Assembly: GCA_019058295.1 (NCBI GenBank)
Contig: JAHPZI010000022.1
Span: forward strand, 124,316-188,315
Source: Promethearchaeota archaeon
GTDB lineage: Archaea; Asgardarchaeota; Lokiarchaeia; Sigyniarchaeales; SOKP01
Direction: 5' to 3'
DNA length: 64,000 nt
Both the position numbers and the translations under genes were made by a program. The notes below the pieces were generated by a model, which worked only from the letters and a program-made list of their open reading frames with translations, was not told where the DNA came from and ran no database searches. Shown piece by piece: positions 1-10,504 of this stretch (positions are counted from its first letter, which is position 1; each line of letters starts with the position of its first letter).

Positions 1-118
1 GATTTTTAAGTGAATTTCTAATCGCATCAGGATAAGATGTTTCAAATAATTTAGGATCTATATCGTCCAGTCCTTCATCCCATGATTTTTTCCAGAATCT
101 TTCACTATATTTTGACAT
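1..118 (-). CDS. 5' end (partial) of a gene running off the window, probably an AMP-dependent acyl-CoA synthetase
   Basis: Hand translation from ATG at 118: MSKYSERFWKKSWDEGLDDIDPKLFETSYPDAIRNSLKN. The 'RFWKKSWD' N-terminus resembles long-chain acyl-CoA ligases; only 39 codons are visible. Confidence 0.55.
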   Translation of the reverse strand, partial: MSKYSERFWKKSWDEGLDDIDPKLFETSYPDAIRNSLKN

Positions 119-325
119 AATAATATACACAATTATTTTTATTAGATAAATTTAGCTTGTTATAACTTATATTGATATGATTAGTTATAAAGATTTTATT
201 TTAATAGAATTAATTTTTTGAGAGGTTATCAAAATTATTAAAAATGTTAAAAGCTATTAACAGATTTTAATAAAAGTCTTTAACAAATTTTAACAATCTG
301 AATAATATTTGTATTAATGTAATTT

Positions 326-625
326 TTATAACGATTGTTTTATTTCACTTAGTTTTGTTTGGAAATTCTCAATATCCATTTTAGATATTATATTGTCATT
401 TATTTTAATAATTAATTTTAAAAAATCCTTAATTAAGGGATGTTCTACAACAGTAGTAGTTTGATTTAATGTGTTAACATCAAAAATCAGGGCAGAATCT
501 AATATCTCACCAGTTCCAAGTATATCCCTTAATACTAATTCACAGTTTTCTGTATAGCTTAATATTGTAATATCCTCCCCGATTTGAGAACCATCGTTTT
601 TTTTTATTATTTTAAATTCACACAT
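326..625 (-). CDS. cooT: CooT-family nickel-binding protein
   Basis: N-terminal MCE motif, 'EDI...LVLRDILG' pattern, small size, divergent from cdhBC. Confidence 0.7.
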   Translation of the reverse strand: MCEFKIIKKNDGSQIGEDITILSYTENCELVLRDILGTGEILDSALIFDVNTLNQTTTVVEHPLIKDFLKLIIKINDNIISKMDIENFQTKLSEIKQSL

Positions 626-777
626 ATTTGATTTTTCCCTCTTTTTTAAAATCTATATTTTTTTATATAGTTTAATTTGAGAAAAACAAATTTTTTAATT
701 TATTTTAAATAAACCTAAGTATAACAATAGTTTTAAATAATTAAATAAAACTGAAAAAACTACGAAAATTGATAGAA

Positions 778-1311
778 ATGGCAAGACCGTATCAAAAAGC
801 GAACATACCAGGGCCAGAAATGGGTACATCCGTCTCTGACCCAAAAGTCATGGCAAATCTTTTAAAATCACCTGACAAGAGGAAAGTATTTGTTATTGGT
901 GCAGAATCGTTGACATGGGAACTCGACGGGAAAAAAGTTGCAGATTACTTTATTGAAATTGCTAATAAATTAGATTGCGATGTAGTTGCTACAGGACATG
1001 CGTATAGTTATTTAAAGGGGAAAATTAATGCTGACAAACTATACGATATGTCATTGATAAACATTACAGGAAGACTAGTCGATATGGACTGGACGGGTTT
1101 AGATGGTGCGGGACAATATGAAATGGCGTTTTTTGGGGGTCATATAGTATATTATGTGTCCCAGACGTTGAGCCGAATTAAGAACTTTTCAAATTGGGTA
1201 AAAACAATAGACCTTGATAAGTATAGCCATCCAAATGCTCGTTTTAGCTTACCTAATTTAAGCGAAGCTGAATGGAAAACATTTTTAGAAAAAGTAATTG
1301 AATTATTATAA
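778..1311 (+). CDS. cdhB: CO dehydrogenase/acetyl-CoA synthase epsilon subunit
   Basis: 'PYQKANIPGP', 'DWTGLDGAGQYE', 'YYVSQTLSRIKNF', 'HPNARFSLPNL' motifs. ATG at 778 preferred over TTG at 769. Confidence 0.9.
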   Translation: MARPYQKANIPGPEMGTSVSDPKVMANLLKSPDKRKVFVIGAESLTWELDGKKVADYFIEIANKLDCDVVATGHAYSYLKGKINADKLYDMSLINITGRLVDMDWTGLDGAGQYEMAFFGGHIVYYVSQTLSRIKNFSNWVKTIDLDKYSHPNARFSLPNLSEAEWKTFLEKVIELL

Positions 1312-1354
1312 AATAAATATAAGAAAGAAATAAAAATATGAGGAGATTTATGAT

Positions 1355-2779
1355 ATGAGTTTCGAATTTTTTGGAGGAACGAGTCCAGTCGATGTGGGTC
1401 CAGTATACGAAGGTGAACGGATTAGAGGAAAGCAAATGTATATCGAATTCGGTGGTCCAAAGGTGGAAAAACATTTTGAACTCTGCCGCGTTAACCAAGA
1501 TGCTACCGACGGAAAAGTAACAATTATTGGTCCAGACATTAAAGATATGGAAGAAGGATCTAGCGTTCCAATAGGCATTCACATAGAAGTTGCAGGACCT
1601 CAGTTGGAGGAAGACCTAGAAGCGGTATTCGAAAGAAGAATTCACGAGTTTTGTAACTTTGTTAATGGTATTATGCATCTCAACCAGAGATATACAAACT
1701 GGATGAGACTTAGTAAAACAGCTTACGAAAAGGGATTTGATTCGCTTAATATATTAGGGGCTATTTTAATTCGACTTTTCAAGGCTGAATTGCCAATAAT
1801 CGAAAAAGCGCAAGTTACATTTTATACGGATGCAGAAAAAATTAAAGAACCACATGCTATGGCAATGAAAGTTTATAATGCTAGGGATGAAAGAGCTCGC
1901 GGTTTGCATGACGAAGATGTAGATATGTATTACGGCTGTGTTTTATGCCAAAGCTTCGCCCCAACTCATGCGTGTTGTATAACTCCAGACAGAACATCTC
2001 TTTGTGGGAGTATTAATTGGTTTGATGCAAGAGCTGCAGCAAAAGTTGATCCTAAAGGACCTCTTTACGAAGTTCCACCAGGAGAATGCCTTGATGCTTT
2101 TGCTGGAGAATTTTCGGGAGTTAACGATATGATAAAAAAGCGCTCTCTAGGAGAAATTTCGCGTATCTATCTTTACTCCGGTATGGAATTTCCACATACT
2201 TCGTGTGGGTGTTTCGAAGCTATTGATTTTTTTATTCCAGAAACAGGAGTAGGACATGGTATTATTGACCGAAGTCATAATGGTGTGGCACTAAATGGAC
2301 TTCCATTTAGTGCGATGGCAAACCAAACTGGAGGGGGCAAACAAATGCCTGGTTTTAATGGAATAAGTATCCAATACATCCTTTCACCAAAATTTCAGCA
2401 ATATGATGGTGGAATTAAGATGGTTGTTTGGATGGGGAAGACAGTGAAGGACCGAATATATGAGTTACTCCCTGAAGATTTAAGAGATAAGATTGCTACT
2501 GAAGAGGATGTTAGTGATCTAAACGATTTACCTGCTTGGTTAGAAAAAGTGAAGCATCCAATCATAGAGACTGAAGAATACAAAGCTGCTGTTGCTGGGG
2601 TAGAAGAAGAAGAGGAATGGGAAGAAGAAGGAGCGATGATGCCTGTAGGAACTGTTGGAATGACGATTCCTGGCGTTGGAGGCGCAGGTGGATTTAAGGT
2701 GATATTGAAGAATTGCAAGATTCATGCGGAGAGCATTATAATCAAGAAAATCGAATCTAGAAGGGGCAAGAAGAAATAA
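1355..2779 (+). CDS. cdhC: Acetyl-CoA synthase (CODH/ACS beta subunit)
   Basis: 'PVDVGPVYEGERIR', 'CVLCQSFAPTHAC', 'HTSCGCFE' A-cluster motifs; acidic linker and archaeal C-terminal 'KIHAESIII' tail. Confidence 0.97.
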   Translation: MSFEFFGGTSPVDVGPVYEGERIRGKQMYIEFGGPKVEKHFELCRVNQDATDGKVTIIGPDIKDMEEGSSVPIGIHIEVAGPQLEEDLEAVFERRIHEFCNFVNGIMHLNQRYTNWMRLSKTAYEKGFDSLNILGAILIRLFKAELPIIEKAQVTFYTDAEKIKEPHAMAMKVYNARDERARGLHDEDVDMYYGCVLCQSFAPTHACCITPDRTSLCGSINWFDARAAAKVDPKGPLYEVPPGECLDAFAGEFSGVNDMIKKRSLGEISRIYLYSGMEFPHTSCGCFEAIDFFIPETGVGHGIIDRSHNGVALNGLPFSAMANQTGGGKQMPGFNGISIQYILSPKFQQYDGGIKMVVWMGKTVKDRIYELLPEDLRDKIATEEDVSDLNDLPAWLEKVKHPIIETEEYKAAVAGVEEEEEWEEEGAMMPVGTVGMTIPGVGGAGGFKVILKNCKIHAESIIIKKIESRRGKKK

Positions 2780-2840
2780 ATTTTTTTATTTTACTTTTTT
2801 TTTACTTTTACTATTTTACTTTTTTTGAAATACTTTTATA
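2780..2840 (+). terminator. Oligo-T terminator region after cdhC (TTTTAC repeats)
   Basis: Several T-runs directly after the stop codon, between convergent genes. Confidence 0.6.
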
Positions 2841-2905
2841 TAAAATAGATATAAAAAAGATGCTTTAATTCAAAAGCATAAATCATTTTCTAACGAAAAA
2901 AAGTT

Positions 2906-3370
2906 TTATATATAATACCCAGTGCTATCTTCCGTGTATTTATTTTTATCGTCGTCGTTCTCGTCATCGTCGTCATGTTTACCCATCATTTTTTTATAAA
3001 ATGCTTTAATAATATCTTCTGGATCAGCGTTGGGATCAAGATCTTTAAAATCTCTTGGATCAATTTTGATAATTCCGCCTTGCTTAAATGGAACAAATTT
3101 ACTACGCATTTCCCTTTCTAATCTTTCTTCTCGCTTGGATTTCAGACTTAATTCTTTTTTCATTAATTCTTTTAATTCGTCAGCAACAATTTTATCTAAC
3201 TCGTCATTTTCGAGTTCTAATAACATATCATTCCCTAAAGTTTTAGTAAGTCGTTTAATGGCTTTTTCTCGTTTAATTTCTGAAATTTGACTTATAGAGT
3301 TTAAATTTAAAAGATTTAAGATATTAAGCCAATCTAGTTTAATTGTCCAAGAAAATTCTTTTTCTGACAT
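2906..3370 (-). CDS. Hypothetical protein with acidic C-terminus
   Basis: 154-aa ORF with typical composition; no recognisable family. Confidence 0.7.
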   Translation of the reverse strand: MSEKEFSWTIKLDWLNILNLLNLNSISQISEIKREKAIKRLTKTLGNDMLLELENDELDKIVADELKELMKKELSLKSKREERLEREMRSKFVPFKQGGIIKIDPRDFKDLDPNADPEDIIKAFYKKMMGKHDDDDENDDDKNKYTEDSTGYYI

Positions 3371-3631
3371 ATTTTTAAATATTTTATTTTACAATTATAA
3401 TAATCTATTATTTTAGTTAAATTTTTTTTTATCCGTTAAGATAAACTCATTTGATAAATATATATTTAACCATTTTAATCTATAAATGTAAATCGTTGGC
3501 AAATGAGGGCTATAAATGTATTCTCATCTATTTTAAATTCGCCTATAAATGAAATTAGTTCAAAAAGATTTGATTAAATTAATGAAATAGATAAAATAGA
3601 CAAAATAGATAAGATACGCAAATATCTGGGT

Positions 3632-3856
3632 TTAAGTAAAATAATGTTTAAAGGATTTTCTGAAGTCATCTATATATTCATTGTCAATTTCACCGAATTT
3701 TTTATTACTAAATCTACGACCAAGTGCCCTATTTTGTGTCCGTTCTTTAAGAATGGATATGTAGTGTTTAAAAGATCTCTCAAAATCACCAATATTTAAG
3801 CTATTGACCTCTGCGAATTTAACGAGCCCGAAACGATTTAATAAATCTTCAGTCAT
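3632..3856 (-). CDS. Small hypothetical protein
   Basis: 74-aa ORF with a purine-rich RBS-like upstream sequence. Confidence 0.55.
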   Translation of the reverse strand: MTEDLLNRFGLVKFAEVNSLNIGDFERSFKHYISILKERTQNRALGRRFSNKKFGEIDNEYIDDFRKSFKHYFT

Positions 3857-4154
3857 TTTTCATTTTCACTTCCTATCGTTATTTTCGTTTTGTTCAAATG
3901 ATTAATTAATTAATTAAATAAACATTTTTTTTTTTAATTTTTATAAAAGATGACGATTTCATATTTAAATATAATACTAATCTCCAGAATATCAGAGTTA
4001 GATAATTATTTATATTTATATTTTTAAAATCCACAAAAATTAGAATTTTTTTTTGAATTTGGTTAAATTTTATTGACATTAAATAATTAAGAGAAAAAGG
4101 GATAAAAAACAGTTAAATATAAAATACAACTTAATTTCTAGGAGTTGAATCGAA

Positions 4155-5093
4155 ATGAGTAGAAAAGTAGATGATAAGACTTATTTAAGTTATTTATTAC
4201 AATCTTTAAACGTAGATGATTTAAAACAAATTTGCCGAGATTTTGAAATCAAAGGTTTTTCAAAATTAACTAAAGCAAAATTAATTGAATTTATTCTTGA
4301 TTCTTTAGCTGAGGAAGAAATAAGGGAATTATTAAAACAGAAGGAATTAGAAATATTATCAAAAGAAATTGATCTAGCATTTAAAAAAATTACTGGTGAA
4401 GACAGAGAATCAATAAGTGCAATTAAGATAGTAAATCCAGAGAATCATGAGATTGAGATGGTGTTTAAAGGTTTTAATTGGGAGATTACGTCATTTCTGT
4501 CTATAACAAAAAAGAATATCGAAAATCCTGAAAGAGATTGTGATTGTCGAATAGGATCAAATATGGGTTTCTGCAATCATTTCTGGATTGGTTTCATCTT
4601 TTCCTTAAAAGAAGGTTATTTTAAACTCTCTGATTGGACATTAACATTATTACCGGATGATTTTGAGGAAAAAATTAAGTCAATAAAATTATCTAAAGGT
4701 GAGATTGGAGAGGAAAAAGCCGAATCAGTAAGTCTGGTTGATGAGAGCTCAGATTCTTTTCAATTAATGGGATATATTGACAAAAGCATAACGGTTTATG
4801 AAGGCGTAGTAGAAGATATTCTTGAAAGACAGCAAGATTTTCAAGGAAATATAACAGTGTATTATGTGGTTACGTTAAAGAATGCTAGATTCGGTCCAAG
4901 AGTACAGAAAAAAAGCGATTTCCGTGAAGAAGATATTGAAAAAATAGAGATATTAAAATTAAGAATAAGCGAAAAACTGTATACTGAGCATAATTTAAAA
5001 GAAGGAGATAATATTGGAGGAAATGGAAAATTAACAAAAGATATCATTCTAGGTTTTATCGTGAAGAATATTAGAAAAATTGAAAAAATATAA
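4155..5093 (+). CDS. HeH/SAP-like + SWIM zinc finger + C-terminal OB-like nucleic-acid-binding protein
   Basis: 'LNVDDLKQICRDFEIKGFSKLTKAKLIEFI' (Rho-N/SAP-like), 'CDC-x8-CNH' (SWIM), beta-rich C-terminus; GGAG RBS. Confidence 0.7.
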   Translation: MSRKVDDKTYLSYLLQSLNVDDLKQICRDFEIKGFSKLTKAKLIEFILDSLAEEEIRELLKQKELEILSKEIDLAFKKITGEDRESISAIKIVNPENHEIEMVFKGFNWEITSFLSITKKNIENPERDCDCRIGSNMGFCNHFWIGFIFSLKEGYFKLSDWTLTLLPDDFEEKIKSIKLSKGEIGEEKAESVSLVDESSDSFQLMGYIDKSITVYEGVVEDILERQQDFQGNITVYYVVTLKNARFGPRVQKKSDFREEDIEKIEILKLRISEKLYTEHNLKEGDNIGGNGKLTKDIILGFIVKNIRKIEKI

Positions 5094-5108
5094 AATTTTA
5101 CGATTATC

Positions 5109-5900
5109 ATGGCTAGAACATATATAATGGCAAGACATTCTGCAGGTAATTCGATATATACTTATGAATTTATTGTTGTTATTATTATTTTGATTATTTT
5201 AATACTTTTTTGGAAGTTAAAAGATGATAGAAATTCGCTAATCGTTTACATTATTACAGGTATTATAGAAACAATCATTGAATTACTAGCGAGCATATCT
5301 GGAATTCGAACAATTGAAGAGACATATTTATTTGGAGTATTTTATGTTGGATTTCCCTTACTACAAATAATTATGGGATTTTTTGAGGGAGGTGTTATAT
5401 GTATAATAGCATATCACCTAATACAGGGAATACTGCTAAAAAACAAACTTTCTTTAAAGTTTTCACTCAGTTATCTCATAGTTACAACTATTATAATGAT
5501 GTTTTCAAGAGTGAGTGTATTTTTCAATGTATCACAAGATTCTAATAGCATTACAAGGAGAGAAATCTTTTCATTAGGCTCAATTATACTTCTTATTAGT
5601 TGTTATTTAGTTTCTTTTGGGTATTTCTTTCTAAATAAAAAGATTAATAAAAGAGACCGAATAAGTTTTTTGCTATGGTATTTATTTATTATAGCTGTAT
5701 ATTTTCCAGTGTTTCTAATCTCTCATATTACAATGACTCGTTTTATTGAAATTGAGCAAAATGGAACATATAAAGTAGCCCCTTTATTAGAACAAATTCT
5801 TGTCTTATATGTCTATGGCTTAGGATTAGAAGCAGGAGGTTTATTCCTCCCTTTTTACGTTATTATTCATCATTTTGATTTAATAGATCTTAGTGATTAG
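5109..5900 (+). CDS. Multi-pass membrane protein, unknown function
   Basis: About 7 hydrophobic segments. Confidence 0.75.
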   Translation: MARTYIMARHSAGNSIYTYEFIVVIIILIILILFWKLKDDRNSLIVYIITGIIETIIELLASISGIRTIEETYLFGVFYVGFPLLQIIMGFFEGGVICIIAYHLIQGILLKNKLSLKFSLSYLIVTTIIMMFSRVSVFFNVSQDSNSITRREIFSLGSIILLISCYLVSFGYFFLNKKINKRDRISFLLWYLFIIAVYFPVFLISHITMTRFIEIEQNGTYKVAPLLEQILVLYVYGLGLEAGGLFLPFYVIIHHFDLIDLSD

Positions 5901-6018
5901 AATAATTTGTTTTCTAAAGGCAAAATCCATAAAAGAATTGCATATTTATTAAGTAGTGAAAGCGTAAATTTTGCTATTTATTGGATAATAGATTTTTTTA
6001 GAATAAAGTGTAATTATT

Positions 6019-7404
6019 ATGGAAAATATTGAACCTAAATCTGGTTTTGTTAATGATATTAATATGATTTTAGCTACGGACTTTTATCAGTTAACTATGG
6101 GTGCAGCATACTATCAATATAATCTTGAAAACAATATCAGTGAAAAAGATGATATAGCTATTTTTGAATTTTTTATTAGAAAATTCCCTAAAAATCGTAA
6201 TTATTTAATTTTTGCTGGTTTAGAACAAGCTGTCCATTATCTAAAGAATGCCAGATTTACTAAAAGAACCATTGAGTTTTTAAGAAATAAAGATGTATTT
6301 AAAAAAATCGATCCCAGCTTTTTTGATGAGTTCCTACCAAAATTCAAATTTATTCTGGATGTGTGGGCAATGAAAGAAGGGAATTTCTTTTTTCCTAACG
6401 AGCCTATTATGAGAATTCAAGGACCTATATTCCATGCTCAAATAGCTGAAACTTATTTGCTTAATGTTATTAATTTTCAAACTTTAGTCGCATCGAAGGC
6501 TTCAAGGATAAAAAACGTAGCCCAAGATAAGGTTCTTCTGGAATTTGGTACGAGAAGATCACATAGTCCTCTAGCAGGGGTTTATGCCGCAAGAGCTAGT
6601 TATATAGCAGGTTTTAACGGAACAAGTAATGTAGTTGCAGATCTTGAATTGGGAATTAATTCAACTGGCACTATGGCACATAGTTATGTTCAAAAATTTG
6701 AAAAAGAGATTGATAGTTTCCACTCTTATTATGATATTTATGATGAAAATTCAATTCTACTAATTGATACTTATGATACTGAAAAGGCGGCTCAAAAATG
6801 TAGAGAATTTGGTAATAAAATAAGAGGTGTAAGGATTGACTCTGGAGATCTTATTGAACATTCCCGAAAAGTGAGAAAAATTTTGGATGAAAATGGTTGT
6901 GAGAAAGTATTAATTGTCGCAAGCTCTGATTTAAACGAATATAAAATAAAGGAAATTATAGAAAAAAAAGCACCCATAGATGCTTTTGGTGTTGGAACAG
7001 AATTAGCCACTTCTCGCGATGATCCAACCATTTCTGGAGTGTATAAATTAATGGAATATAATAGTAAGCCTAGAATAAAAATTAGCGAAGAAAAAATAAC
7101 CTATCCAGGTATAAAACAAGTCTTCAGGATATATGATAAAAATGGAATATTTAAAGAAGACATTTTAGCGCTGAGTGAAGAAGCTCCCCCCTCTAATTCC
7201 GAGGCATTATTAATACCTGTTATGAAAAATGGAAAATTAGTGGACGAATTACCAAAATTAGATGAAATTCAGCAATATTATTTAAACAATATAAAAAAAT
7301 TACCCGATCAATACAAAACCTTAAAAGAAACTGACATTTTTAAACTGAAAATTTCTGAACAATTAAAAAAATTAACAAAATCCCTCAAAGAGAAATACAT
7401 TTAA
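6019..7404 (+). CDS. pncB: Nicotinate phosphoribosyltransferase
   Basis: 'ATDFYQLTM', 'EFGTRRSH', 'GTMAHS', 'LIDTYD', 'VRIDSGD', 'FGVGT', 'VYKL' motifs. Confidence 0.95.
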   Translation: MENIEPKSGFVNDINMILATDFYQLTMGAAYYQYNLENNISEKDDIAIFEFFIRKFPKNRNYLIFAGLEQAVHYLKNARFTKRTIEFLRNKDVFKKIDPSFFDEFLPKFKFILDVWAMKEGNFFFPNEPIMRIQGPIFHAQIAETYLLNVINFQTLVASKASRIKNVAQDKVLLEFGTRRSHSPLAGVYAARASYIAGFNGTSNVVADLELGINSTGTMAHSYVQKFEKEIDSFHSYYDIYDENSILLIDTYDTEKAAQKCREFGNKIRGVRIDSGDLIEHSRKVRKILDENGCEKVLIVASSDLNEYKIKEIIEKKAPIDAFGVGTELATSRDDPTISGVYKLMEYNSKPRIKISEEKITYPGIKQVFRIYDKNGIFKEDILALSEEAPPSNSEALLIPVMKNGKLVDELPKLDEIQQYYLNNIKKLPDQYKTLKETDIFKLKISEQLKKLTKSLKEKYI

Positions 7405-7561
7405 ATTGTATATTGAAAAGGTTAAGTATAAAAGTAGGGAATTGGCTGAAATTTTTGAAAAAAAATGAGTTTATTCTTTTGTTTTACCTAATAATTATAA
7501 TATTCATATTAAGCTATAAGTATAATAGATAATTAAAAAGATAAGAATTTAAAAAAAAAAG

Positions 7562-7650
7562 ATTATTTATGAGAAGGGATGGGGCTCTTGATGTCAAGAG
7601 GAGGTTGGAATTTTTTGAAATCTGAGCTCATTCCTCCATAATTTATATTT
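7562..7650 (-). repeat. Conserved structured 3'-UTR element, copy 1 (downstream of surface protein 7670-10504)
   Basis: Ungapped match to 13142-13230 (15 mismatches in 89 nt by hand count); self-complementary ends; followed by a U-run on the minus strand. Confidence 0.75.
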
Positions 7651-7669
7651 CTTGATTTTTTCATTATGT

Positions 7670-10504
7670 TTAATCAAATGTGTTTAAGTTTTTTATCAGT
7701 TTCCACCGTTTTTTTACCAGTAATATTAAAATTAAAGAACACAATCCAAAAATTATATATTGATCGTATCCCGGAATGGAAGATTCTCCACCATTTCCAT
7801 CATCATCATCATCATCACCGCTAGGTGGGAGACCTCCACCACCATTACTAGGAGCTGGAGGGGTCCAACATGGCAGTAGTGGATAGTTATCTTGTGAATC
7901 TGCAATTCCTGTTATCCATATATAGGGTGTGTCTACTATGCAATTATTATCAGCGTCTGGACTTGTGTGATTATCCCAGTAATTACCACATTTTTGATAG
8001 TCCCATGCATTATTATTTCCGTCATCGTTTGCATGAACACCATTTCCAGTAAAATTATTCCGATAGCATATATTATCGTCTGATAAATCATCAATTGTTA
8101 TACCTATCATTGTATTACTTAACACTAGGTTGTTGTAGATTATATTATCATTACTATAGTTAAATAATCCTATACCAACCATTCCGTTGAAACTCGCATT
8201 ATTTCCACTAACAAGGCTTTGTATAGTTTTATTTAATCCAATTCCTACCATATCATTGTTAAATGCATTATTCTTTTTTATTATATTATCTATACCTGCG
8301 TTTTCTATGCCAATACCAAAAGTGTGTTTACTTACCTTATTTTCTATGACTCTAATATCATAACAACCTCCAGAAACAGCTATACCAACAAAATCATTAT
8401 TGATCACTATATTTTCTGATACTGTAAAATTATGACATAGTAATGATAGACCAATTCCTGCACCAGTATTATTAACAACAGTATTTCTAGCAATTGTTGT
8501 ATTGAAGCAGTTATTATGTGTAAGAATACCTGACCAATTATTATAAACTACATGATTACCAATAATCTCATTATGGTTTGAAAGGAGAATATAGAGACCT
8601 GTCTGACTTGAGTTAATTATTTGATTTTCTGTAATTTTATTATAATCAGATGATGTAATTCTTATCCCACCAGAAGTACTATTGTAAATATAGTTTTGAG
8701 AAATTTTTAGATGGCTACAATCAAGTGCAAATATCCCCCCATTAGTACTACTCATATTATTCCCAATAGAAACAATGTTATTAGAAGAATCTAGAGTGAT
8801 TCCAGCCCCTTTTAAGCAAAGATTATCTATTAACTTACCATTGTTAGTATTCGATAAAAGTACTGTAGCTGCTGAAACATTTAAAAGTTTACAGTTTCTG
8901 ATAATAAAATACTTTTCAGAGTTTTCAATGTAGATACATGGCATCCCCAATTCACGACCATTAACCTCTAACTTCTCTATAATGTAAGGATCATTTGATG
9001 TTCCCGAACCACTAACCCACGCTTTTAATTTAGCCGTTTTACTCCAATCCCATGCGTTCACCCCTGAGTCATCAATATAGATTGTCTCACCGAGATGGAC
9101 TGGGCTACCTACGAGCGGGTAGCCATCCTCGCTGTCTGCTCCTCCAAAAATCCACATATAAGGATCATCAACGATCCCATCGTTGTCAATGTCGGGTGTT
9201 GTATGATTATCCCAATAATTACCAACAATAGAATTATTCCACTGATTATTACTTCCAGAATCACTTGCATGAATTTTGTTCCCGATAAATGAATTATGAT
9301 AAAATAAGTTATTATCACAACCACTAGATAATTCAATACCAAGTTGGAGGTTATCTTTTATAAGATTTCCTGTAACATTGTTATAATCGCAGTCATCATT
9401 TAAATAAATTCCATAATCAGTATTGTTGTATGCGGTGTTGCCTGATATGATGTTATCATGGCATCGATCATATAAATATAATCCTCGTTGGGAGTTATTA
9501 TTACAAATGTTTCCCATAATTGTACTATTATCACATTCTTGCCGTAAATATATACCAAATTGTGCATTATTGTTGGCAGTGTTTTCTGAAAGGATATTAT
9601 CATCGGAATTGAATCGCAAAATTATTCCTATTTTATTATCGCTAATTTTATTTTCGAAAAGTTTATTATCGTTACAGCTATAACTTAATCTTATTCCTAC
9701 ATCATTGTTATGAGCAGTATTATCCGTGATGTTATTATTATTGCAGTCGTGTTCAAATTCTATCCCAAAAGTATTATCGTTTACAGTATTACTCGAAATA
9801 ATATTTTCCTTACAACGATCAACTATATGTATCCCAATATTAACATTATGATTAGCTGTATTATTCGAAATCGTGTTATTATTACAAATCTGATCTATAT
9901 AAATTCCATCATCATCATTGTGATTGACAATATTTTCAGTAAGTTTATTATTATTAGAACCCCCTATTAGGTAGATTCCATAATAACTATTATCATTAGC
10001 AATATTCTTTGTAATGTTGTTATTTTCACAAGAAATTCGTAAATATATTCCATGTCTGATGTTGGAACATGTATTATTTGTTATAAGTCCATTATTAGTA
10101 TCATATAATTTGATTCCTGCATCATTCGGATTATTACCTGTATTATAAATTGTGCAATTCCTAATGATAAAATATTCAACAGAGTTTTGTATTACAATAC
10201 CGCTACCCGAACCTCCAGCATTTATGGTCACATTTTCGATAATATGCGGATTTTGAGGGGTCCCATCGTTTACTTGAATCCAATCAAGATCAGTTTCTGT
10301 CCAATTATCATTTATAATATAAATATGGTCAATATTCCAATGATCAGACGTTTTTAAGTTTTTAAAGGTAATATCAGTGTTACCCCCTCTTGGTTTTTTA
10401 TTTATCTCTACATCAGAACTGAAGTTGTCGTTGGGTATAATCACTAAAGCAAATAGAAACCCTAAAGTAATCAGAATCGTTAAAGGTTTTGATTTATGCT
10501 TCAT
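7670..10504 (-). CDS. Cell-surface right-handed beta-helix (NosD/CASH-like) protein with two tandem beta-helix units and a Loki-CTERM-like anchor
   Basis: Signal-like N-terminus, many 'GIYL..S.NN.I..N' repeats, two 'GNYWDNHT.PD' caps, Pro/Gly/Asp linker, 'IPGY' + TM + KKR tail. Confidence 0.9.
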   Translation of the reverse strand: MKHKSKPLTILITLGFLFALVIIPNDNFSSDVEINKKPRGGNTDITFKNLKTSDHWNIDHIYIINDNWTETDLDWIQVNDGTPQNPHIIENVTINAGGSGSGIVIQNSVEYFIIRNCTIYNTGNNPNDAGIKLYDTNNGLITNNTCSNIRHGIYLRISCENNNITKNIANDNSYYGIYLIGGSNNNKLTENIVNHNDDDGIYIDQICNNNTISNNTANHNVNIGIHIVDRCKENIISSNTVNDNTFGIEFEHDCNNNNITDNTAHNNDVGIRLSYSCNDNKLFENKISDNKIGIILRFNSDDNILSENTANNNAQFGIYLRQECDNSTIMGNICNNNSQRGLYLYDRCHDNIISGNTAYNNTDYGIYLNDDCDYNNVTGNLIKDNLQLGIELSSGCDNNLFYHNSFIGNKIHASDSGSNNQWNNSIVGNYWDNHTTPDIDNDGIVDDPYMWIFGGADSEDGYPLVGSPVHLGETIYIDDSGVNAWDWSKTAKLKAWVSGSGTSNDPYIIEKLEVNGRELGMPCIYIENSEKYFIIRNCKLLNVSAATVLLSNTNNGKLIDNLCLKGAGITLDSSNNIVSIGNNMSSTNGGIFALDCSHLKISQNYIYNSTSGGIRITSSDYNKITENQIINSSQTGLYILLSNHNEIIGNHVVYNNWSGILTHNNCFNTTIARNTVVNNTGAGIGLSLLCHNFTVSENIVINNDFVGIAVSGGCYDIRVIENKVSKHTFGIGIENAGIDNIIKKNNAFNNDMVGIGLNKTIQSLVSGNNASFNGMVGIGLFNYSNDNIIYNNLVLSNTMIGITIDDLSDDNICYRNNFTGNGVHANDDGNNNAWDYQKCGNYWDNHTSPDADNNCIVDTPYIWITGIADSQDNYPLLPCWTPPAPSNGGGGLPPSGDDDDDDGNGGESSIPGYDQYIIFGLCSLILILLVKKRWKLIKNLNTFD

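Noticed and set aside
257-293. Direct repeat TTAACA(G/A)ATTTTAA x2
   Set aside because: Very AT-rich and only two copies; cannot be distinguished from chance.
3480-3551. Mini CRISPR array
   Set aside because: Repeats are only 9-11 nt with ~20-nt spacers; no cas genes in the window.
7562-7650. 3'-UTR hairpin as a Lokiarchaeal SECIS element
   Set aside because: The upstream genes have no in-frame UGA, and the AUGA/GA kink-turn core with apical AAA is not properly formed.
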